Origin: Chlorokybus atmophyticus
Lineage: Eukaryota; Plantae; Mesostigma and Chlorokybus algae
Length of the DNA: 64,000 nt
Direction of reading: 5' to 3'
NCBI GenBank assembly: GCA_009103225.1
Contig: RHPI01001202.1
Span: forward strand, 181,206-245,205
The position numbers were made by a program, and so were the translations under genes. Under the pieces are notes generated by a model that saw only the letters and a program-made list of their open reading frames with translations, was not told where the DNA came from and ran no database searches. This document shows, piece by piece, positions 51,164 through 61,834 of this stretch (its first letter is position 1; every line of letters starts with the position of its first letter).

Positions 51164-52038
51164 TTTCAAGGTATGAACCGTCTTTGAGCAGTTGGTTGGT
51201 TGCACGCTTCAGAGGCTGAAATATAAAAACGAAAAGAACTCAGACATACAGAACGTGTGCTTGGGATTACTGTGTCAAGCGTGTATCACAAAGGACGGCC
51301 ATGCCCCTAGAGTGCACGTACGCATGCCCCCGCGCGGTTGTTTGCTATGCGAGTATGGGTGCTGTTTGCTAGCTTTTACACGAACTCAACTGCAGAGGAG
51401 CTAGGAGAGAAAGCAGCGAGTCAAACCTCTGAGCTGTGGTCTGCTTAACAACTGTATTGCACTCATGACGGCTGGCAGCAAGCCTCAACTGCAAGCTCAA
51501 TGCAGCCAAGCTTCCTTTGCGAGCAGATCCAAAACCCTCACCTGCCGTGGAGCTTTAGCTGAGGCTTGGTCCCCACCCAACTGCAGTCATCAGTAAGCTC
51601 ACTGCTGTGTGCTGGGTTAGGATTGACCCTCAGGCACAGCAACAGGCAACGCCTCCACGTCACGCAATAGCCAGCAAAACCCCCGTGCGTCAGTCTAACG
51701 CAGCTGCACACAGACTACTACGACACTCACCCTTATCAACTACGCCTCCGCCGCCACGCATGTCTATCGCCGCCACCTCCTCCGCCGCCGCCCCCCTCAC
51801 CTCCTTCACCACCGTTCCTGCAGTATAAGCATTAACGTTATACACGAGCGCACTCTCCCCTTCTGTAAGTATATATGCTCGTAACGAGTCAAAGCGTTGT
51901 GGAAAAACAACCAAAATAAAAGCAGGGAAACTGCTGACAAAGTGAAATTGGTGGGTGCTTGCTGGCGTTTTACCTTTTCGGAGCCTTCGTGTGTGGCTGG
52001 TTTAAGTTCTATCCGTTTCTGCGGCGGTGGTGTGAGCG

Positions 52039-54189
52039 ATGGCCATGGCGGCGACGGCGGCGGCGGCGGCCTGCTGCTCGTGCTCGTCCTCGGCCACGTC
52101 TATCGTCGAGAGGAGAAGGTGCGTTTTCTGTCCCGATCTGGCTAAGCTTTAGTCACGTGTGGGGTGTTGTGGTGTGGCTGGCAGCTGGCCACAGCATTGC
52201 CGCTTCAGCATTTGCCACAGGAAGCGGATAGGGTTAAGGGTTAGGGTTGTAGTGCGAATGTCCACCTCTGTTCATTCTGCCGCACTGATGCGCTGTTGTT
52301 GTCGGCATTTGCTTGGCGGCATTGCCGCTGGCAAGTGGTTGCTTACTAACTGGCTATGGCAGTGCTTGCTTTTTATCAGATCGAACCCTGACAATGACAT
52401 GGAAAAGATTTGCGAGATACTCAGTCGTTGTAAGCAATGCACTCAAGCCACATTGTGCACTTTGTCTCCACGCTGACACGATGATGAAGATGCATTGTGC
52501 AAATTTCAACTTGTTCTTGCTGACCTGGTGCGTCAGAAATTTGCATAGGTATTGTGGCGTAGTCGTATATACAACCCAACCAACAGTCATTGCATATGCA
52601 ATAAACTCGGGCACCCTGCACAGTTCTATCCTAAACACAGCAGTGTGCAGCGGAGATGGAAATTAGTAGTAGTACTAATTTCAGCATAAGAGCTGCATAG
52701 TCAGGCTGAGGCATTCGTTGCAAAATACATTACAACTATTCTTGTTGACTAATGGCGATTCATCTTCGGTGTATCGCACTTAAGGGCATGTTGGATCTTG
52801 CGTGACAGGTCTTTCCTCAGCGGCGCAGCACTTCCTCAGGCACAGAAGCATGCGCAATGCCATCAAAGCAGACGCCCTTCCTTCATTGTGCGTGCTGCGA
52901 AGGGCAAAGTTGATTTTGGGGAGTGGTTGGGAGGTCGTGGGCTCGGGACTGGCGAGGTGATTGGCGTGGTTATGTACATAGGACTTGTATTTTGTTGATG
53001 GGTGAAGGTGTTGACTAACCCGACTTGCTGCACTGCAGAAAAGCTTCAAGACAGACGAGGGCGTGAAGGAGCTCTTTGAGGAGGAGGCGCGCTTGCTAGA
53101 GGCCATTGAGAAGGTGAGTGCAGGAATGATGGAGTATACCATGCAGGAATGTGTGCATAGTGTAGTTGTTGCTGTCATTCATGTAGGTCACAGTTAAAGC
53201 CACTCGAACATTCATGTGGTTGCAACTTGGCTAGTGTTTCTCTGGAGGTGACACGTTACATGCACTGCACGCGCACATGCCCAGGTGTAGTGGTTATCGG
53301 ATGGTTGCAGTCGCTAAAGTCCTGTACGGTTTCTGCGGTCTTGCAGGTCAGGGTGGAAGGTGACACGGACATCGCAAAGGATGATTTCGGCGTTGGCGGC
53401 CTGTTAGGTGGCGAACTCGGGCTCCAGGAGTTCAACAAACTGTCCCTTGTTGAGCTTGCTGAAAAGGTGCACATGCGTTATCATCGCCTTTCTACATACA
53501 AGTGGATGTGTAACTATGTTTATGTATAACTCGTCCCAAGATATGTTGTGCATCGCTTGCAGAAACTAGCGCAGAAGCGACAACAGTTGCTCAACAAGAA
53601 CCCAGGTAACTGCAAAGCCTCATACATGCACATACCTCGTGCAGTGCAATCTATGCATGCTCTTGCTTCAGCCTAATGTGCCTAAACCAAGCGTTGCGGC
53701 TTGGCAGTGACGTTGCCAACGCCCATCCTGATGCCTGGCATGACGGCCATCGTCACTAACCCTACCAATGCGTACTACAACGTAAGACCGTTCCTTCACA
53801 TGCGCAATATGTTTACAGCATGCCATGTTGCATGGCTCCATGTTGTTTCTGCATGTGATAGTGTCAGCAATGTGTTTTCTTCCCTGGCAGTATACTGGCA
53901 TCGTGCAGCGCGTGACAGATGCCGCCGTGGGCGTTCTCTTTGAAGGCGGCAACTGGGATAAGTTGGTGAGCAATGTCAGAATATGTTGTGTAAATCACAG
54001 AAGTCAATTTTGGAGCAGAAGAGTTGTTTACATGACCCCCTGTATCGATTGTGATAGGTTACATTCCGGTTGGATGAGGTCAAGCGTTCTGAGAAGGGCG
54101 CGCCAATGGTCAACCCCAAGTCGGCCATCCTCGAGGACGTGATCGCTTCACTGCCTGCGGAAGCATCGGCATCACCATCATCGTCATGA
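52039..54189 (+). CDS. ndhS: Chloroplast NDH complex ferredoxin-binding subunit S (CRR31), 8 exons
   Basis: Transit peptide MAMAATAAAAACCS...RRR|SFLSGAAL. C-terminal PILMPGMTAIVTNPTNAYYN|YTGIVQRVTDAAVGVLFEGGNWDKL|VTFRLDEVKRSEKGAPMVNPKSAIL is the NdhS SH3-like signature with the plant-type KGPP..NPKS tail. Confidence 0.95.
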
Positions 54190-55744
54190 TGCCTGCAGAA
54201 TCTTCTGTAGCGCATCATAGCAAAGGACAGCATCAGTCTGTCCTTCGCATGCTACACGCGATTTTTTGCCAAGGGCAGTTGTCATTCAGCGCAGGGCAGA
54301 ACCTGTTGTGACCCCTCTACTCCTCTCGAACACGCACAGTAGCACTGAATCAGCAGTTACTCTCAAAGTTGTAAGCAGTGCAACAGTGACGTCTGCAGTT
54401 ACACACTAGTCTTGGAGACTTATGTACACATACATAAGCTAAAACTTCACCACCGCATGCACCACCAATGTCGCAGAAGTCATGCGCAGACGCAAGTGGC
54501 TGTTGCATTGTGATAATGTGTGTGTATAAAGGATTCAATATGAATATGTGTGTTGGTTGCATGTGCGTCCCTGTAGCGGGAAGTTAGGGCGTCCTCCTCG
54601 ATGGTGCCACGCCGCCATCCTCAGCCGCTATGCTTTGTAGTTGTTCTTTAGCTACTGCTTGCTGCCGCCCAATGCCTCGCAACATTGAACATTGTACACA
54701 TAGCGCATTTAGCATAGGCCCCCGGTGTAATTGGAAAGGACCATCTTCACACAGAGAGCTGCTTGGTGGCTCAGTTTCTCCAACAAGGAGTGGAGCAGGA
54801 GCTGCAGTCCTTGGAGCCCCTTGTCAGAACCATGCGGGACCAATTGCGACTGTGGGAATAAGCACAAAGGAATGCAGAGGTACGCTCAACACTCACATGC
54901 ATTTCCTTGCAAGAGCAATTGTTTTTTTGGCGCGGTCCATGTGAGACATGTAGCGTGGCTGCAGGCATCCACTATTCACCCATACCCACCCCACAGTCAA
55001 GCCGACATTGCGGAAGCCAAAGTTGATAGACAGAGCTGGGCGGCGGTATTGTTGCCAATCTCGCTGTGCATGTCGACTGCATGCACCTCCAATGCATGCC
55101 TACCTTTGCATGCTAGGATGTGCGTGAGCGTGCGAAGTTTCGCGCGCGTGCCGAACGAAGCAGGCTGGGTTTGAGCACAGGAGCGTGGCCATTCGTCCGG
55201 CATTCAACCAGTAGTGCATCAACCAGCAATGACGCAATTTATGCAATCATTTGTGCATCAATCAGCAATACTGCAGGTGACTGTTCAAAGCAACCAACTG
55301 ATGACGGTGTGATGCAGTTGACTATTGCAATTGCAATGTCGCAAGCATGCAGTTAACCCATATGTGATTGGTTGACAGCACCACAGTGCACTAGGTCCTG
55401 TTGGAGCTCCTATGCAAGCCTGTATTCAATCCCATTTACTGGTCCTTCAATCTCACTTGATAATGGGCGTCAGCGGGAATGCGGCATCAGTTTAACATGC
55501 ATGTTGACCTGTAAAATTCCGACATGTCCATTGGGGCAGTGGCGCATCCTGTGCCCATGACTCACGAGCTCCTTGACGAGTCTGCGATTGAGGTGGCGGG
55601 GAGAGTGCACCCAATACCACCTTGTCAGCCCCCATGGCTTCCCCTACTCCATGCAGCCCACGGGCCATAGAGGTAAGTCGCTGTCTTTTATGCTTGTGCC
55701 TTGGTAACAATGCGGCAAGCACTGCATAAGCTTATATTCGTCCT

Positions 55745-58700
55745 TTGCAACATTGTAAGGCATCTTATCTTGGGTCCTATATACAGCCCCCCTTGCTGCA
55801 TGCACACGTGGTCTCATCTGCCGCCCCTGCTTCCCTCGTAGCCAAAGCGCATCTACCTTCCGCGGCACCAGTCTGTCATGCACTACCGTCTCCTCCACGA
55901 GCAGCACCAGTGATAACGGGGCAACAATCCTTCTTGCCGCAATCAGCAAGACCACAGCACAATGCAAAAACCGATGTGGCTTCTGCACCTACCTTCCCCC
56001 ACCCGCTGCAAGTTGAAGCCAGCAGTCTGCCCTCAGCTCAGATACTTTATCAGTCACTATGACTCTTGCCGTCGACAAATGGACACACTATTCTAATGCT
56101 GTATGCGCATGCAGCAGGGGTCACCACCTGCTAGCGAGTCATTAGCGGAGCTGGCCGCAACCCGCATACGGCCATCAGTCATGCTAGGTGGCCAGCTCGC
56201 CTCATGGGACCACTTCAAGGTGCCAACGGATGGTAATTGCTTCTATTATTTTGTGTTTCGCACCAGGCCATCCACAGCGCAAAGTGTCATGGATGATCAC
56301 AAGTGCCCTAGCTCGAGCAGATTTTGGGCCATGCTGGACACCATAGATGACGACGGCAGGGGGGACACTCTCCGCAAAATCACCGCCAAGGCTGTCGATG
56401 CCGGTGTGGCGAGCAGAATCTCAGACTTCTGCAGAGCCATTAGTGCCGCGGGAGAGATGGCGCAGTATTACGACAAACTGCTTGCAACCATGTTGGCTGA
56501 TGTCAATTGCAACATTGACATTGTCATGGCCAAGGTGCGACAGATCGTGCGCAAAAAAGTTGTGTACGTGGAGCACCTGCAGATGACCAAATTTGCCAAC
56601 AAGCTGGGCTTGTTAATTGGCTGCGTGACTGTTTCAGTGCGAGCATGAGCAATGGCCTGACAGCGCAGTTTGGGTTGGAAATAAAGAAGCCCCCAACTCA
56701 GTCCTGGTGGTGGGCAACACTGCTCCTAATGAGCCAGAAGCACACTTTTGGCTCCTCAAGCCTGCAAGCACCGAACAATGGTCGTGGCCTATGCATGAAG
56801 TGCTACCAGAGGTAACACACCTGATCGGAGAGTTGCGGAATGGTTGCCAATTCCCCGCTACCACCGGCTGTGACCCAGAGTGCTGCGCCAACGCCTCAGG
56901 CCTCGCCTTCGTGTGCTAGGCAAGAAGTAGCCAAATGTTCTGCACATCCTGCCTCCCCTCAACCACAGCCACATGCTTGCAATAACAATTTAGCACCCTC
57001 CCTTCCTGCCGTGGAGACTCACCTGCCACCGCACTCTGACCATTCAGAGGCATCTCCATCAATTGGCAGCGGTAGCTCACCTTTTCCCTCTAAGCTTGCC
57101 ACATTGATCCTAGCCTGTCTTGTTGGTAAAAAGATTGATTAAGGTGTCCTGAAAGCTGTGCTAAAAAACAAAAGCTGCATGCTCGACCTCATGGCACAAC
57201 ATGTGATCGTGGAGGAACGGGAGGCAACCAATAAGCGCAAGGCTGTGAAGCAAAAATATATATAACGCCTTACCTCCTCTGAGTGACAGTGCCACGGGGA
57301 GCTGCTGGGATGTGCAGGCCGACCACAAAAAGAAGAAGAAGGTTGCTGGAGTAAGGGACGCTAACAAGACAAAAATTCCAAAGGTGAGGCATCGTTACAA
57401 TGTAGTTAAAAGAAGCACAGCGCCTTGAAGCCTCATTGAGACTGACTGCGTGTTTTTCTGAGTAGGCTCAGGCGGGTTTACAGCGTCATGTGGCTGCTCA
57501 GCAACATCCAAAGAGACAGCCGGTGCCGCATGAGCTGCCTAAGCTCAAACCACCGACGCGCAGACGCTTTAAGGGGCTGACTCGTAGTGCAAAGGAGTTG
57601 ATCGCCCTACAATACGCCCAAGACGCGCTGCATCACCGCATGCGGCATGCCTCGAGGTGAGTGATGAAAGTATGCAATGGGTGGGAGCAAACGCGGAGAG
57701 TGCGGTTTAATTAGACCTCTAGGGATTGGCCATGGTTGGAACCAAAAACACGACATCGCCAATTGTAGTACGTTGTTGCATCTCGCCGTCCTCAATATTA
57801 TGGTGTTGTTGCTGCCGCAGCAACCCCGCAATGTGCAAGAGCTATCCACGAAGCAGAACTTCGACCTGCTGCAACAGATGTACCTATTGATGTCGACAGA
57901 TGCGGGTCGAGATGTGTGCTACTACCTGAGCAAGTATACTGGGTGGCAAGTAAAACCATTCGAGCTATACTTGGCATGCTTTGCCTGGCAGTGGCTGCAT
58001 GTCATACAGCACATCGAGCTGATTCTGTGGAAGCTCGACAAAGATGACGATGCGGGCGAGTACACGAATGACAACAGCCATGTCGAGGGCATGAATGAAT
58101 GCTCGCATGCCAGACGAGACCACAAAGACCAGCAGGTGGGGTATGGCGGCAGATGATCGAGTAGGCAGTGGAGCGTTATGCTGCGCCATTCAGAAGGAAG
58201 TCGCTGCATCTGCAACGCGGTGGCAGAGATTGGTGGCAGCGGCAGCTTGCACACCCGCGTGCACCATGCGTGCTGAATTGTCGCATTGAAGAGCCACCTC
58301 CTCCCAGCGGATGGGGAGACGCCCTGTTGCAAGCAATTGGTGAGCTATGCCTGCATCATATCAAAGCAGAAGAACGTGGCAAATAAATCAAAGAAGCTAC
58401 CAACGTGTCCGTGCTGCAAGCAACCTCAACCGTTTTGGTCGCCACGCCTGCTGCAAGACGCCAATGTGTCGGCGGTGATTTCGCCCCCGTCCTGATAACA
58501 ACTGTGCATGTATTGTAGTTTTGTGTTGAATACCTGTGAACCATGTAAGTACATGTATAGTTGTAGCACGGTGCACCCAAGATCTGCTGTTGTTATAAGC
58601 ATTGGTTGTACATGTGTATACAGACTGCCCGGCGCATGCGTCAGTGCATGGCTTGCTTACCTTGCTGCTTCAGAGCGTGGTTGACAGCAACAAACTCGGA

Positions 58701-60420
58701 CAGCGCTCTGGGTTCCATGGAATGACAGCACAGTATTACTCTACGATCGTGGAAGTATGCAAGTATTCTTGTACTGTAGTACCATTAATGAATGAATACC
58801 ATTCATATTGATGTAGTATCATGCATAATACTGTAATACCGTCCATGGTACTGTCGTGCTTCACTTGAAGTGTGACTCATTTAGCTTTCGTCAGCTGGCA
58901 ACCTTAATTGATGCCCATACCCTAAGTCTCGCTCAGTTTGTGGGCAGCCGTGCCGATTCATATCTTGCATGATGTCGGCGGCAGCAGTTGAATCCCCCTC
59001 ACTTAGGAGACCATGCTTGGTGTGCCAACAATGCGTACGTATGTGCCAATGGCCGTAGACAGTAAATGCGAGCACACTTGACCAAATGCCAGCGAGTGCA
59101 AATAGTGTGCCATGGTTTTTGTGCTGCTTGCTGGCATCACACCGCACACAATGTCGACATGTTTGCCGCTTCAGCAAAGTGCTGTGCCAGGAACCCGAGT
59201 TTTTCCATTGCGTGCAATGCGTGTGCGAATCGTGCTCGCGCTTATACTTCGAGTGGCCAGGGGAACCCATGCGCTTCTTCACATGGATAACACCAGGACA
59301 TATGGTTAGTGAACAGGTCGTGGATGCCGTGGAGGTAATTTGGCAAAGTGGACAGCGACGTATCACTGCATATTATGTTTGGCGTATGCTTATTTCCATG
59401 CATGTTAAAACCGTTGTCGCATTCAGAGCAGTCTTTCACGATGTGGGCGTGGGCAGTTCCACCCTCCGGCCGCTGTAGAGGAGGCAGACCGTCGACCGCT
59501 GCACAGCGCGCTGCATCGGCCGCTAAAAAGCAATTAAACTGGGATGCGAGCAGCTGATCGATGTGAGTGTCATGGTCCATTGGCCGCTGAATGGGGAATG
59601 GTATGCGGGCGTTGTGGAATCAATCAAGCAAGCGTCAGGTCAGCATTGCTTCGTGGCGTGCGAGATTGAGGTAGCATCATGTATGCATGGTGCAAACAAA
59701 AATGGCTTTGCAGGGCAGCACCATACAGTATTCAATGACGGTGATCAACCACAAACTATCAAATCAGAGGGCACAACGTATTCGCGTACACATTAGTTGA
59801 TGGGGCACGCCATGTTCTGCGCGCCGGACGGGAGAATATCAGTCGCAAAGTAAGCCCGGACGGCATCATTGTTGGTCCCTGGCCAGCACCACGGCCAGCC
59901 TTGACCACATACACGCCATTCAACAAGCTTGGACACACACGCAAACCAAGGGCACTCGCCCCACTCCGCGGCGGTGACGGTGCCAGTGTTGGTCTATATT
60001 ACGCAGGCTTTGACGTGACCGGGATGGACATAGTCCCTCCTCTGAATACCCGCTGCCCTTCATACACCGCGATGTATGCACCCTGAGTGCACAAGAACCG
60101 AGCGCGTACGAGCTCATATGAGCCAGACCACCATGCCAGGCCTATTCAGGTGCTATCCTAGCACCTCGACGGGCGGCACATGGCACCTAGAATTCACCAG
60201 GATATGCTACCGCTCGTCTAACATCTGCTGCTTGCAAGCCTGGTCAAGTATGTGATGGAGAATGTGCGAGGAGCAGCTTCATCATTCAGACCCAATTTGT
60301 CCCTTTGTGGCATTATGCTTGGCCTATCAACCTTCTGACACCGTCTGTTTGAAACACAGTCAGTGGTAGCTACCCCACCAGCACGCTGCTCGCACGCGAG
60401 CAAGGCGGTTGAGCTGCTAT
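55745..60420 (+). pseudogene. Decayed multi-exon chromatin gene (or gene series): OTU-like protease, RING-like, PHD-like, Tudor and C5 cytosine DNA methyltransferase
   Basis: All on the + strand with GT-AG junctions between segments: VPTDGNCFY (56220-56246); CTM(R)AE...TPCCKQLV.YAC...PTCPCCKQ (58256-58420); Cys-rich CLVCQQC...FFHCVQCVCESC (59010-59240); VMVHWPLNGEWYAGVV...SG|QHHTVFNDGD (59570-59745); DNMT motifs at 59950-60355. Many stops and frameshifts. Whether these are one ORF is inferred. Confidence 0.7.
59949..60400 (+). pseudogene. Phage-type C5 cytosine DNA methyltransferase catalytic domain, decayed
   Basis: Motif I-like GGDGASVGLYYAGFDVTGMDIVP. After a frameshift: EYPLPFIHRDV and motif IV ELI*ARPPCQAYS (TGA at 60119). 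Motif VI YVMENVRGA (60258). Then LCGIMLGLSTF*HRLFET (motif VIII region). Confidence 0.88.
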
Positions 60421-61251
60421 TACCGCACCTATTCTGTCACAGCCCACTCGACCATAATTTGACTTGGTGCTTTTATGGTCGATTTGTGATTATTTGCTGT
60501 ACCTTCCCCTTACATTTCCCCCTACTTTACGCTGACGTCCTCGGCAGCTGTCCATCATCAGCTGGGGAATCAGCCCAGGGGGTTGTTAGGGTCGGTCGCC
60601 AGCCCTAATGGCAAGGACCGGCCTGTTGACATACACATGTGCAAGTAACACGCCAACAACATCAACACAAGAACATGACTGCTACTGCCGCCATAGCATC
60701 CGCACACATGCTACATCGTGACCTCTCATCTTCATTGCAACAAGTCTGGGCTTTATACCCCGCCAGTCTCTGCACACGTCTACATTGGCAAGCACCGCGT
60801 GCGTTATACTCAGCTGATTGCTGTTCTGTAAGCTACGCTGTCTAGTTCACAACCAGAGCTTTCCAACAAGCTAAGCCACGCCTGCTAAGCTTACATATTT
60901 ACGAAGCTACACGATTTCTCCCAAGGCTCTACCAAGCAGCCTGGTCCGAAGTCCGTCATGACTCGACCGTCTGGCTAAGTCTGCAGTCCACGCGCTTCTT
61001 CCTAGTACCTTTGACCCTCAACTCCTGTATGAAGGGCAAGCTGATCGGATACAAGCATCACCCATGTAATACCTTTAACGCCGCTGCCGGCCCCACAGGT
61101 CGCATCGCGACAGGCAGGTCGCATTTTGCCGCGCCAATTGTATGCCGGCGCGATTGCCATCAGACAAGTCGCGACATACGATCATGGCACTTATGAAGTG
61201 ACCACTTACGATATTACTGGATCGAAAAACAACGACCACGGAATTTGTGTG

Positions 61252-61316
61252 CAAGGCAGGAATTGAACCCGCGTCTCAAGCTCCAATGACCAATGTCACA
61301 GACGACTCGACCATAA
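61252..61316 (-). other. tRNA-derived (SINE-head-like) remnant with A-box-like and B-box-like motifs
   Basis: The minus strand reads tggtcgagtcgtct...gacgcgggttcaattcctgcc: A-box-like TGGTCGAGT and B-box/T-arm GGTTCAATTCC. No intact anticodon or acceptor stem. Confidence 0.45.
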
Positions 61317-61834
61317 AAAGCCTTTGTGCTTTTATGGTCGATTTGTGGTTATTTGATGTACCTTCTCGTTACATGTTCGTTAGCGCGAAGAAGACAATCG
61401 TGACATCAAACGCGCCACAGCAAATGTCCCCCGTCTATGGCCTTTTAAGCACTAAGGGACGCATTGCTGCATTACAAACAGCGCTGGGAGTGCCATGAAT
61501 GACCTCGGCCATTACCATAGCGAATGTAGTTCCTCCCACAATGGTGGAGTGCATAGAGCATCTCATGCTTGAAACAAACAATGGATATGCATTGTGACTA
61601 CCCTCCTGTGTCATTGAGCTATGAGGCTTGAGTGTGGTGCAATGTATTGAGGCTTAATGCCACACAGCTGACTAATTGTTGAATGTTGCATTCAACATTC
61701 GATTATGGTGACAGTTGTGCAATGACGGGTGCTCAATATTGTACACGTCCGCACGCAACAGTCTTATCATACGATCACTAATGCCCAACTGATTGATATG
61801 CTCCAAACTCCCAGTAGTCAGACAAGTACATGTG

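Noticed and set aside
61252-61280. tmRNA or intact tRNA gene
   Set aside because: Only the T-arm and an A-box-like piece are present; no acceptor stem, anticodon arm or tmRNA 5' end.
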